A DNA stretch of 64,000 nt, taken from assembly GCF_004010195.1 (NCBI RefSeq), contig NC_057759.1, forward strand, positions 6,165,477 through 6,229,476, read 5' to 3'. The DNA is from Chiloscyllium plagiosum. Taxonomy: Eukaryota. A program made the position numbers and the translations under genes. Under the pieces are notes generated by a model that saw only the letters and a list, made by a program, of their open reading frames with translations, was not told the DNA's origin and ran no database searches. This document shows, piece after piece, positions 49,892 to 62,973 of this stretch. The stretch's first letter is position 1. Every line of letters begins with the position of its first letter.

Positions 49892-51396
49892 TGAGAAAGC
49901 CTTCAAATTTGTCCTTAAATACTTAGACTAAATGTAATGTTGAATTGCAGAACACAAGAAAATAAACAGGACAGGCAGGGAGGCATCAGGCCACAAAAGG
50001 GGGAACCTAGGATGTGCAGAAGATAAAAAACATCTGTTCTCACCAAGTGACAGCAGGATGTTCTAAAGCAATTAAGAACATTTGCCTTAACATCAATGAA
50101 TCTCTGTAAAAAGGACACGGTGATAACATTCACAGTTGTTAACTTATTAATTTGATGACAGTGTTTGATTGTGATCTCGGAAACTTTGACATGCTTCTGA
50201 GATGATACAAAAGCCTTGTAATAAACAGTCAGGTGCTATCAATTATAATGGATTCTTATTACCCGTGTGTATGTGCGCGTAAGAGAGAGAGAGACATGAA
50301 TATTTTGAATTTATTTGCATTTTACGACTTTGTGATGATTTTGAGTAGCCATTGCTGATTATGAAATGCAAACTCTAAAATGTAGTATTGATGAAGCTTT
50401 AACTTGGTGTTCCTACACACCACGACTGCCCCACTGTCAATTCTAACTCGTCAGATCTTCTGTCTTCTTTGAATTTGAATCACAACCCTGAAAAGGAAGC
50501 AATTTTAATTTGAGACTAATAAACCATTTAAAATTTAATCTTTCAGCCTCAGATACAGAATGATTTTGTGTTTAAGATAAAAAACAGGAGTCTGCTCCTA
50601 GCTTAAAAGTTATTCTAAACCTAACATTGAAGAGATTCTGACAAAATCTGTCAGGAAGCCATTTTATGGTCAATGTTTGCCCTCCTCACTAAGATGCCAT
50701 TTTGTAAAACAATGATATCTGACATGTGAACTGTGCAAGGTTACCTTATGACCTCTTACACTTAGTTGAGACTGATACCTCTTTATGATCGGGACCTACC
50801 TCACCAACAGGCACTGACTGGGCTGGATTTGTTTTTCCCAACTGATGGATGGCTAAGGGCCTCCAGGAGTGATCAGCTAAGCGCACACAGACCTGTTAAT
50901 TAACTTCTGTTCCTTAGCAATTGTTGCCTTTCCACTGTCTGTCTAATTGAGAACATGCAGTGTTTTTTGTAAAGTTTTGTAAAAAGGAAGCCTGTTTGAG
51001 ACAGAAGAGTGGAGTAGTCTGTGAGAGCTCTTCAAGGAAGAGCTGGTATCCTACTTTTCTAGGGTTTTAGAACCTCTGCGAGCCTGGCTTATAGGTGTCA
51101 ATGTTATGTTGTAACAGTGATAGTATTGGTAAATAAAGGGGAAGGCTAAAATTAAACAAAACTGTAAGAGATTTTTATCTCCAGGACAAACCAGGAGAGG
51201 CTTATAGGTCTGAGTCCACTAGGGATTCCCTGGGCTGTGAGGAGAAAGTGAGGTCTGCAGATGCTGGAGAGCAGAGCTGAAAATGTGTTGCTGGAACAGC
51301 GCAGCAGGTCAGGCAGCATCCAGGGAACAGGAGAATCGACGTTTTGGGCATAAGCCCTAGCCCTTCCCTTGGCTGTCTCAAATCTGTACTTTAACA
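49892..51396 (+). mobile_element. Solo LTR of the same ERV family, inserted in a CR1 3' end
   Basis: TGAGAAAG...TACTTTAACA is colinear with the 21658-23186 LTR. Flanks are ATAA/ATAT (imperfect 4-bp TSD). It contains a pLTR insertion at 51238-51363 with a TTCCCT(G/T)GGCTGT duplication. Confidence 0.9.
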
Positions 51397-52905
51397 ATAT
51401 CAACAGGAAAGGTTTATAAAGAGATGGTGAAGTGCTGGCAAATAGGACTAGATTAGGTTAGAATATCTGGTCAGCATGGACAAGTTGGACCGAAGGGTCT
51501 GTTTCCATGCTATACGTCTCTATGACTCGACGACTCTTCAGTAACTCTTGCCCTTACAGTGAGCACAGTTTCCCTCCATCTCTGTACTTAACCCCTCCTT
51601 CACGGATGGTTGTTGAAACAATGCAATAATGTGGCCTATTTGTCTATCTTCATTGTAACTTTGAAAATGCTCTTAATAATTGCAGATTTTAATGCTGTTC
51701 CTGAATGTCTATTTTGAATGAGGATTCAGTTTATCTATCTTCAACACTGGTGTGTAAACGTCAATGGGCTCCCTACCTTCCATTTGTTAGAGGCAGCTGG
51801 TTACTCTTTGCTTTGAACTGAGGAAGTATTACAGCATCTTAGTCCCTTCAGTGTTTTTCTGGAGGAAGACACAGGGACACCACCTGTAAATCAACACGAG
51901 GCTCGTCTGGCAATTTTGAACTGATCAGTGTCACATTCTTTAGGATGTGTGTTGTTTTTTTTCTTTAAAGCCTAACAACTTAACCAGAACCACGAATCTG
52001 ATTCCATTGTTGCCCTGAGTTGCTCCTTGTCTGGAGATTGTGTTTATTTTTCAAGTGATTTGATACCAATTGATTTGGAGATGCTGGTGTTGGACTGGGG
52101 TGGACAATGTTAAAAAATCACACATCAGGTGCTTCCAAAAAAAAACTGTTGGACTATAACCTGGTGTTGTGCGATTTTTAACTTGATACCAATTGAGTAA
52201 GATCCAGAAACTGAGCAACAACTGCCCAGCACCATGAATGGGACTAATCAATCACCAGGATGCTTACACAGTTCAATGTCCAACTCCCCAACTACTTGTT
52301 GGAAATAGGAAAAACGGCGCTATTTCCAATGTTTTTACCAAGACCCCAGAGTATGTCCTTTTACAAGAGTATCCCATTTCTACAGTTGGTCCACACAACC
52401 TCAAGAAAGAGCGGGAAACAGATTGAAATTAAAACAGGGTTCAGAGGATTACAAACCACAAGAATGACCCATAGCAGCTTCTTCCCGCTCTGTCTCTCTC
52501 AGCAGGCCCACACACAGCCTGAGGAAGACCTCCCTCTCTCCCCCCGCCACCCCCACTCACTCCAAATTCTGGGACCAGTTCCTGCTCTCTCGGCCTCTTA
52601 CAAATAGCCCCCAGTTCTCCCTGAACTCACCCCGACTCAATCCCGGTCTCAGCTAGCTAACCTTCACTTCCAGGTTTAAATGCTTCTTTTCCTCTTCATG
52701 CTTTGGTATTATGCACCTACTTTTTATGCTGAAAACTATGGTGATGATGGTAAGACTCTTTACAAGAACCTTTTTCTTAATATTCAAACTTATTTCAAGA
52801 AACTGAGTACTATAAGATAACTTTAGTTGTTGCACCGTCAGCTGTTTTAGGGCATTAATGGGCTGTAGCTAGCACCTGGTGATTGTTCAGTAACTGGGAC
52901 AATTA

Positions 52906-53000
52906 GGCCCTGAAGAAGGGCCTGTGCCCGAAACGTCGAATCTCCTGTTCCCTGGATGCTGCCTGACCTGCTGTGCTGTTCCAGCAATAAAGTTTCAACT
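52906..53000 (+). mobile_element. Penelope pLTR fragment with intact hammerhead core
   Basis: CTGAAGA-A-GGGC-CTGT-GCCC-GAAACGTC (52910-52937); AACTGGGACAATTA is duplicated on both sides. Confidence 0.75.
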
Positions 53001-54239
53001 GGGACAATTACCCTTTCATTTAATGTGGCTGGAGTTATTCATTTACCGAACCTTCGGTGTGCTTGTCAGAACTGTTTCGAATGAGAACAGACTGGGTCCT
53101 TGGAGTGGCTTGTTCAATGGTATCATTCTGCCTTACTGAGTGAGTAGGCTGTAGGCTGTATGATGAAGGCAGCATAAAGACTTTCTGGAGCTGTTGAATA
53201 TAAGAGGAAGGAAGTCTTATTCCAGCTTTATAAAACAGATCAAATACTGTATGCAGTTCTGATTGCCCCACAATTAGAAGGGTGGGATTGGCTGGAGAGG
53301 ATGCAGTGGGTTGGAAAGTCTCCGTTAAAAGGGGAGACCATATGAGCTGGGTTTGGTTTCCTTGGAGCTGAGGAGGTTGAGGGAGGATCTGACTGAGATA
53401 TACTAAATTGTGAAAGATGCAGACAGAGTAGATTGTGATAATCTTTCTCCCCTTGGCAGATATGCTTGAGACCAGAGGGCACAAGTTGAAGTTGTGGGGA
53501 AAGCAGTTTAGAGGATATCTGAGAAAAATATTTTGATGTAGATGGAGGGTAAAGTTTGTAATATGCTGCTTGAGTGTGTGTTGGAATAGTCTCACAGCAT
53601 TTAAGCAGCATCTGGATATGCCCTTAAGAAATCAGGGCATAGTCAGCTATTGGCCAAGTGGATGAATGCAGTTTGGTGTTTGTTGGACATCATGGACATG
53701 TTGAGCTGAAGGATCTGTTTCTATGCTGTATGACTCTATATCACTATAACATCCTTGTAAATCTTTTCTGCAGCATCTAAAGTTTAACAACATCCTTCCT
53801 GGAGAAGGGTGATGAGCGTTGTACGCAATCCCATAAAAGTGGTATCACTAATGTCCTGTACAGCCACCAGATGACATCCCAACTCCTACACTCAATGTTC
53901 TGACCAACGAAAGAAAGCATTCCAAATGCTTTCTTCACTGCCCTGTCTACCTGTGACTCTACTTTCAAGAAAATATGCAGCTGCACCCCTCAGTCTCTTT
54001 GCTCAGTAACACTTGCAAAAGCCCCACCATTAAGTGTATAAGTCCTGCCCTGGTTTGTCTTAATCAAAATCTAACACCTCACACGTATCTAAATGAAACT
54101 GAATCTGTCACGTCTTGGTCCACCTGACAAAGGTCATAATTAGTAATTTTTTTTTAATGCACTTGAAGACTGTTGAAGTAAAGGTAGGTGTTAATTACCT
54201 TGCACTGTATTCTGATGGCGCTCACCATCATTGGGGCAC

Positions 54240-57200
54240 TTGTGGGGGGGGGAGGGGAGGAGAGGAGAGGAAGAGTGCATTCGTCATTGGGTTCTCCACA
54301 GTTAAAGGGACATATAGGAAGATCTGTAGGAATGAGAGAGACTCATGGTTGGTGTTTTGCCCACAAGGTGCAAGGATTCAAGATGTCTCAGATCTGGAGG
54401 GGGAGGGGGATCTGCCCCAAGTCATGTCCCACATAGACACTAACAACATAGGTAGGAAAAGGGATGGGGATTTAAGTCAGGGAGCTAGGGTGGAAGCTTG
54501 GAGCTAGAACAAACAGAGTTGTTATCTCTGGCTTGTTGCCCGTGCCATGTGCTAGCGAGGCAAGGGCTAGGGAGAGAGAGGAGTTGAACAAGTGACGAAG
54601 GGGATAGTGTGGAAGGGAGTGTTTCGGATACCTGGATAATTGGGGTAGGTGAGACTTCGACAAACATGGTGGTCTATACCTGAAGCAAAGGAGTACCAAT
54701 ATCCTGGGGGAAGTTTGCTAATGCTCTTCGGGAGGGATTAAACAAATTCAGTAGGGGAATAGGAACCTAAATTGTGGTTACCATGTCCAGAGGTTGAGCA
54801 TAGTCAAGTCAGAAATATGGTTTTAACGTCGAAAGTGTGCACTAGCAAGCAAGAAGGTGGTTTGAAATGTGTCTACTTCAACGTCAGGAGCATCCGGAAT
54901 AAGGTGGGTGAACCTGAAGCATGGGTTTGTACCTGGGACTTTGATGTTGTGCCATTTCGGAGACATGGATCGAGCAGGGACAGGAGTAGTTGTCGTAGGC
55001 TCCAGAATTTCGATGTTTCAGTAAGAACAGAGAAGATAGTAGAAGAGGGGGAGGTATGGCATTGTTAGTCACGGACAGTATTATGGTGGCAGAAAGGATG
55101 TTTGAGGACTCGTCTAATGAGGTAGTCTGGGCTGAGGTTAGAAACAGGAAAGGAGAGGTCACCCTGTTAGGAGTTTTCTGTGGGCCTCAGAATAGTTCCA
55201 GAGATGTAGAGGAAAGGCTTGTAAAGATGATTCTGGATAGGAGCGAGTGAAACGGTAATTGTCACGGGGGACTTTAACTTTCAAATTCTTGACTGGATAT
55301 ACTATAATTTGAGTACTTCAGATGAATCAATTTTTTGTCCAATGTGTGCAGAAGAGTTTCCTGACACAGTATGTAAACAGGCCAACCAGGGGCGAGGCCA
55401 CAATGGATTTGGTACTGGGTAATGAACCCAGCCAGATGTTAGATTTGGAGGTAGGTGAGCACTTTGGTGAAAGTGACCACAATTCGGTTATGTTTACTTT
55501 AGTGAAGGAAAAGGATAGATATGTACTGCAGGGCAAAATTTATAACTGGGGGAAAAGATAATTTTGATGCAATTAGGTGAGATTTATGATGAATATGATG
55601 AGAAAGGAAACTGCAGGGGATAGGCACAGTTGAAATGTGGAGCTTATTCAAGGAACAGCTACTGCGTGTCCTTGATTAGTATGTACCTGTCAGGCAGGGG
55701 GGAAGTGGATGAGTGAGGGAGCCGTGGTTTACTAAGGAAGTTGATCGCTTGTCAAGAGGAAGATGGCTTACATTATGATGAGACGTGAAGGCACAGTTAG
55801 GGCGCTTGAGAGTTATAAGCTAACTAGGAAAGACCGAAAGAGAGACCTAAGAGGAGCCAGGAGGGGACAAGGGAAGTCTTTGGCAGAGAGGATTAAGGAA
55901 AAACCTAAAGCTTTTTATAGCTATATCAGGAACAAAAGAATGACTAGAATTAGATTTGGGTCAATCAAGAACAGGAGTGGGAAGTTGTGCATGGAGTCCA
56001 AGGAGATAGGAGAAGTGCAAAATGAATATATTTCATCGGTATTCACACTGGAAAAAGACAATGTTGTCGACAAGAAAACGAAGTTACAGGCTACTAGACT
56101 AGATGGGATTTAGGTTCACAAGGCGGAGGTGTTAGCAATTCTGGAAAGTGTGAAAATGGATAACCCCCTGGGCCAGATGGGATTTATCCTAGGATTCTCT
56201 GGGAAGCCAGGGAGGAGATTGCAGAGCCTTGGGCTTTGATCTTTATGTCGTCATAGTCTACAGGAATAGTGCCAGAAGACCGGAAGATAGCAAATGTTGT
56301 CCGTTTGTTCAAGAAGGGGAATAGAGACCACCCTGGTAATTACAGATCAGTGAGCCTTTCTTCGGTTGCAGGTAAAATGTTGGAAAAGGCTAGAATAGAC
56401 AGGATTTATAATCATCTCGAACGGAGTAAGTTGATTAGGAATAGCCAATATGGTTTTGTGAAGGGTAGGTCGTGCTTCACAAACCGTAATGAGTTCTTTG
56501 AGAAGGTGACCAAACAGATGGATGAGGGTAAAGCAGTTGATGCAATGTATATGGATTTCAGTAAAGTATTTGATTAGGTGTTTTCAGTAAGGTTCCCAAC
56601 TGTAGGCTATTGCACAAAATATGGAGGCATGGGATTGAGGGTGATTTAGCAGTTAGGCTCAGAAATTGGCTAGCTGAAAGAAGACAGAGGATGGTGGTTG
56701 ATGGGAAATGTTCATCCTGGTGTCAGTTACTAGTGGTGTACCACAAGGATCTGTTTTGGGTGAGGGCATAGAAGGATGGGTTTGCAAATTTGCAGATGAT
56801 ACTAAGGTCAGTGGAGTTGTGGACAGTGCTGAAGGATGTTGCAGGTTACACAGGTACATAGATAAGCTGCAGAGTTGGGCTGAGAGGTGGCAAATGGAGA
56901 CATAGATAGGATGCAGAGCTGGGCTGAGAGGTGGCAAATGGAGATTAATATGGACAAGTGTGAGGTGATACACTTTGGGCGGAGTAATCGGAATGCAAAG
57001 TACTGGGCTAATGGTAAGATTCTTGGGAGGAAGGAGTACTGGTCTAATGGTAATGTTCTTGGTAGTGTAGATGAGCAGAGGGATCTCTGTATACATGTAC
57101 ATTGATCCTTGAAAGCTGCCATACAGGTTGATAGGGTTGTTAAGAAGGCATATGGTGGTTAGCTTTTATTGGGAGAGGGGTTGGGTTTTGGAACCATGAG

Positions 57201-57412
57201 GTCATGCTGCAACTCTACAAAACTCTGGTGTGGCCGCACTTGGAAAAGTGCATCCAGTTCTAGTCCCCGTATCACAGTAAGGGTGTGGAAGCTTTGGAAA
57301 GGGTTCATAGGTGATTTACTGGGCTGTTGCCTGGTCTGGAGGGAATGTCTTATGTGGAAAGGCTGAGGACTTCAGGCTTCATTAAAGAGAAGAAGGTTGA
57401 GAGGTGACTTAT
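54240..57412 (+). mobile_element. Near-full-length degenerate CR1 LINE (ORF1 3' part plus ORF2)
   Basis: 'GARIQDV', 'CVYFNVRSIRNK', 'DLVLGNEP', 'GNYRSVSLSS', '[10 protein letters not shown]', 'KFADDTK'. Confidence 0.9.
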
Positions 57413-58605
57413 ACATTCACACAGCATAAACGTACAGGTGCAGATTGATAACTGAACTCATGTATCCACATAGAGGAAACTTCCAGGGACTGGTTGATAA
57501 ATACATTTCATACATTCCCTAGTGTTTCTCTGATGTGGATATGCAAGTTTAGTTATCAATATATATACCTGTCAGTTTCTGCCCTGCGAATGTGCGTGTT
57601 TGCTTTACTAATCTGTCCCTAACACTTTCTGCTGTGTGTCTGAGAGTGTAGTTATCAACCTGAACCTGTCAGTTTCAATTATGAGAATACGAGTTTTGAT
57701 ATGAGTCTCTACCTGTCAGTTTCTGCTTTATGAATATTAAATGCAGTCATCAATTTGTACCCATCAGTTTATTCTGTGAGAATGTCGATATTGATCACTA
57801 TCTGCAAGTTTAAGCTATATCAATATGGGAGAGCAATTCTCAAACAGTATCGGTTAGGTTTTGCTAATTGACACCAGACTGTCATTGTAAATCTGTTTCT
57901 ACTATGTCAATATGACAGTGTAGATACTAATCTGTCCCTGTCAGTTTCTTCCCTGTCAATATGTGAATACAGTTATTGATCAGTACCCATCAGCTTCTGC
58001 TCTGTGAATGTGGGTGTATTAATCAAACTGTAGCTGTCGGTTTCCGTGATGAGAATGTGGGAATACAGTTATCATTCTCTATCTGTCATTTTCTTCTTGT
58101 CAAAGTGAGTGTAATTGTCAATCTGTATCTTTCAGACTCTGCTGTGTGAATACATTAATATAGTTATCAATCTGTAGCTGTCAGTTTCTGCTTGGTGAAG
58201 AATTGAAATCCTTCCAATTTCTGCTATATGAATGTGTGAGCTGAGTTTTCACCCGTCACTATCAGTTTCTGCTTTGTGAATTTGAGAGTTTAGCTATCAA
58301 TCTTTTCCTGTCAGGCTCTGTAATGTCAGTGTTTGAGTGTATTTACTCATCTTTTCCTGTCAGTTTGTGTGACTGTAGTTATCAACTGGTACCTCTCAGA
58401 TTCTGCTATATGAATATGTAAGTGTCGTTATCCATTTGATTTGATCTGATTTATTATTCTCACATGCACTGTGATACAATGAAAAGTGTGGTTTCGTGTG
58501 CTTTACAGGCAAATAATATCAGATAAAATGCATCAGGGTAATGGAACAGAATCTGTAATAGAGTATTAAAGCTGCAAAGAGAGAGAGATTAATGTTAAAA
58601 TTTGA

Positions 58606-58812
58606 GTGAGATTAGAGGTGCTGGAAAAGCACAGCAGGTCGGGCACCATTCGAAGAGCAGGAAAATTGACATTTCGAGCAAAAGTCTTTCATCAGGAATG
58701 CCCGAAACGTCAATTTTCCTGCTCCTCGGATGCTGCTTGACCTGCTGTGCTTTTCCAGCACCACTCTAATCTTGACTTTAAGCTCCAGCATCTGCAGTAC
58801 TCACTTTCGCCT
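58606..58812. mobile_element. Inverted Penelope pLTR pair with TSD
   Basis: GTGCTGGAAAAGCACAGCAGGTC... and its reverse complement; TTAAAATTTGAG is duplicated on both flanks. Confidence 0.8.
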
Positions 58813-59559
58813 TAAAATTTGAGCAGTACATTCAAAGGTCTGATAACAGCAGAGAAGTTGTTCTTGAGTTTGTTGGGTGGTGTATTCAAACTTCTGTATT
58901 TTCTGGTGGTAGCTAGGAAAATATTAGTTTTTATACAAAAGATAGGGTGGGTGCCAAGTAATAGACAGATGGAGATGGAGTCCAAAGGAAGAGATGAACA
59001 GTAGGATAACTGTCAGACTAAGGGTGGATAGCTGATTAATAAGGTCTGTTAGTGGCTCACAATTGGTGGTGTACAGCAACAGACTATGTGTTACCAAGGG
59101 GTATGGGGTTTTGGGTAATGACATGGGAGAGCTCAAGCCCTATATTTGTAGAACTCAATACTGAGTGCAGAAAGCTGTAGAGTTCCCAAGCTGAAAATGA
59201 GGTGCTGTTCTTCAAGCATGTACTGAGCTTCACTAGAGCACTGCAGCAAGCCTGAGATCGAGATGTTGGCCAAAGTACAGGGTGGTGTGTTGAATGACGT
59301 GCAACTGGAAGCTCAGGATCTTTTTGTCTGGATAGAATGTAGGCGTTCTGCAAAGTGGACACCCGTTCTGCGTTCAGTTTCTCCAACATAGAGGAGACCA
59401 CATTGTGTGCATTTTCCTTGCCACTGTCAGTTCTGAGGACCGGTCACTAGACCTGAAATGCTGCCAGACCTGTGAATTTTCCACCAATTTTTGTTTTGTT
59501 ATCAATCTCTCGCTGGGAGTTTCTTCTTTGTGAATATGTGAGTGTCGTTATCAAAGTGT

Positions 59560-59850
59560 ACACTGCTGCCTCACAGTGCCAGAGACCCGGGTTCAATTCC
59601 CACCTCAGGCGACTGACTGTGTGGAGTTTGTACATTCTCGCCGTGTCTGTGTGGGTTTGCTCCGGTTTCCTCCTACAGTCCAAAAATGTGCAAGTTAGGT
59701 GAATTGGCAATGCTAAATTGCCCGTAGTGTTAGGGGCAGGGGTAAATGTAGGGGAATTGGTCTGGGGGGGTTGCGCTTTGGCGGGTCAGTGTGGACTTGT
59801 TGGGCCGAAGAGCCTGTTCCCACATTGTAAGTAATCTAATCTAATCTTAA
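59560..59850 (+). mobile_element. HE1 SINE
   Basis: GGGTTCAATTCCC B-box, HE1 body, TAATCTAATC tail. Confidence 0.85.
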
Positions 59851-61349
59851 AAAAAACTTGTGTGATTTGAAATTGGGAGCATAATCGATCTATTCCTGTC
59901 AGTTTCTGCTTTGTGAATGAGAGTGTAGTTATCAATCTTTCTCTGAAATTTACTGCCACCTGCATGTGAGTTATTTACCAACCTGTCCCTGTCAGATTCT
60001 GCTCTGTGCATCTGAGAGTGCAGTTATTAAACTATCTATCAGCTTCTTATTTATAAATATGAAAATTCGTTTATCATATGGTACCTGTCAGGTTTTGCTA
60101 TGCAAATCTGTTAAGTCTAGTTATCAACCTGTACCTGTCTTGTGTGTGTGTGTGCGCATGATTATTGTTCTCTCTCTTTCAGTTTCTGCAATGTGAATAT
60201 GTGAGAGCAGATATCAATCGATGTCTGTCAGTTTCAGTTGCGACCATGTTGAATTTAGGAATTGATCTATAACATGTCAGTTTCTGCTGTGTCACTGTGA
60301 GAGCGAAGTTCTCATAGAGTTCCAGTCACTTTCAACTCTTATACATCAAAGTTGCTCAATTCTCTGGCAACCAATAAAATTCTAGAATCTATTGTTGATT
60401 GCCAGAAAAATTCATCTGGTTCACTAATGTGCTTGAAGGAAGGAAACTGCCCTCCTTACCTTGTCTGGCCTACATGTGACTGCAGACACACATCAATGTG
60501 GTTGACTCTTAAATACTGCAGGGGTAGTTAGGGATGGGCAATAAATGCTGGCCTAGCCACTGATTCCCCCATCCCATGACTGAATTTGGATAAAAAAAAG
60601 GTCTCTGTGACTGTGATTCTATCTGTGATAGCAGTTCTTAGGGTATTGCGATTGGGCCTTAAACTCTTATGCATTTTGTGATTTATGACTCAATCACAGA
60701 ATTAATACAGCCATTCAGCGTGTTGTGTCTGTGCTGGGACATTCTACTCTTTATCTGTTCTCCATACTAGTTTCCAATAACTGTTTGGGATTCTGAACTT
60801 CATCCACTCACTGCCAGTGTCTCGGTGTAAATGCCAATTTGAGATTAATTCTGCAGTTATCAGCCTTTGAATGCCTATAATGCTTGTTTTGCTCTGTGTG
60901 CAGTGACGAGTCGAATATTTGGATGCCATTCTCTTTCTGTGTTTAGTTGTGTTTTTTTCAGTCAGGGTGTAGGATAAACCAGTTCAATGTTCGCTAAACC
61001 TGGTGATTGAGGGATTAATGTTGGTTCAATACTTATCTTTGCCAAGAATTAAAATTTTACTGTATTCAATCTGTTTTATTTTTACATTTTGTGTGTGCAG
61101 GAGTCTTTGGTAGTTGCTGCTGGGTAACATCTTCTGAAGCATTTAATAATTTCGTCAGTCAATTTATGACTGTCCATATCTGGAAGTAGTTTGGGCCTAA
61201 ATTGCACTTTAACCATTAACTGTCTGAATGTGAGTGAATTTTCTGTTGTGCTGCCAATCTGTATCACTTTGAAGAATGACATTGTCTGTATGTCTCCTTG
61301 TGTTTCCAGTCCTGCATGTCATGATCTAATCCACTTTGAGGTGGGTTTC

Positions 61350-61655
61350 GATTAGATTAGATTCCCTACATGTGGAAACAGGCCCAACAAATCCACACCA
61401 ACCCTCGGAATAGTAACCTACCTGACTGACTGACATTTCCCTCTGACTGACTAATGCACCTAATACTAGCATGGCCAATTCACCTGACCTGCACATCTTC
61501 GGACTGTGGGAGGAAACCGGAGCACCCAGAGGAAACCCACGCAGACACAGAGAATGTGCAAACTCCACACACACAGTGGCTCAAGGCTGGAATCGAACCT
61601 GGGACCCTGGTGCTGTGAGGCAGCAGTGCTAACCACTGAGCCACCATGCCGCCCT
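61350..61655 (-). mobile_element. HE1 SINE
   Basis: Reverse complement starts GGGCGGCATGGTGGCTCAGTGGTTAGCACTGC. Confidence 0.85.
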
Positions 61656-62973
61656 TTTTAATGTCTTATCAATCAGTGTTTTATACATTAAAAAGTGTGG
61701 GAGTGTGTATAAAGTGTATTTTCATCAACACCAGGCTGACAGACAGAGACAGATGTGTATGCACGTGTGTGAATGAGCTTTAAGGCATCCTCTCCAGAAG
61801 CATCCTCTGTCGATCAGGCTTGACCAAGAGGTTCATTTGGAATTTACATTGTTTGATTACTGTCTTTATTCAGGACAACTATTTATCAAAAGAATAAATT
61901 TGTCCTGCTCAGTTACTCAATGTCCAACTTTGCTTCTATATCTGCACTCAATATCAACTTCACATATATTTGTTATAACAATGTAACAGCATGATTGATT
62001 ATAACTTTAAAAATGCCTTTTCTGCATATGGATTTAATGCAGCTCAAATGTATATTTATTACAAGCATACAGTCTAACCTGCTCTAATCTTATGAATGAT
62101 AATCGGCTTTGAATAATGGAATTTACCGTCAGTGAGATGGTATGCATTGAGAACAGGGTGAAATAATATAGATTTATATATTGTCAGTTGTGTTTAACTC
62201 TGATTGAGCTCAATTTCCAGAAGTACACATTCAAAGTGCGTCTGACTCAATCCACTCAGACAGAGGAAAGGACATTCTCCTCTCCGACAGTGGTAACATA
62301 CCTGCTGGGGGTGAGAAGCAGCTGGTCACCCTTGGATTGGTCCATCAAATATTTCCCTGGAGAAAAAGACAGAGCTCCTGTACATCACTAGCAGCTGAGT
62401 AGGAAGACATCAAATGATCAATGCAATATTCAGGTCATGATCATTATAATTCTTTGTTTTTGAACAAGGTAAGGTGAACAGTGCAGAGCCTGATTCCACT
62501 CGAACCCTGAGCACCTTCCAGTCTTTGTCTAAGATAAAATAAACTAACCAACATATGCACAGCTCCACAAATGGAATGATTACACAGTTCAATATCCAAC
62601 TCCCAATACACCAACTGTTGAAAGACGAACACTGGGCACGATTTCACACACTTTGAGACGTTTACCGGTGCCTGATATACTTACCCTTCACAGGGTTATT
62701 ACATTTGTTTCTACAGTCCTTTACTTCAATGTCTATTGGCATCAAAAAGCGTGAAACAGAAGCCAAACAATGAATTCTTTTCAGTGTTTAGGGGATTGCA
62801 AACCACAAGAATGTCCCACAGCAGCTTCTTCCCGCTCTGTCTCCCTCAGCAGGCCCACACACAGCCCGAGAAAGGCCTCTCTCTTCCCCCCAGCCCGCTC
62901 ACTCCAAGTTCCGGGACCAGTTCCTGCTCCGCTCGGCCTCTTACAAACAGCCCCCGGTTCTCCCTGAACTCAC

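Larger units (their letters stand above)
57500..60320 (+). repeat. Degenerate ~48-bp minisatellite, copy B (interrupted by Penelope and HE1 insertions)
   Basis: CCTGTCAGTTTC-type anchors at 57568, ~57617, 57665, 57712, 57761 and onward; period 47-49 bp. Confidence 0.85.

Noticed and set aside
57500..60320. Possible C2H2 zinc-finger array or CRISPR-like array (minus strand shows ATTCACACAG)
   Set aside because: The period is 47-49 bp rather than 84 bp, there is no CxxC or conserved frame, there are no unique spacers, and the context is eukaryotic.
7465..61655. tRNA genes suggested by A/B-box motifs
   Set aside because: All are heads of HE1-type SINEs followed by SINE body and tail; no complete cloverleaf was seen.
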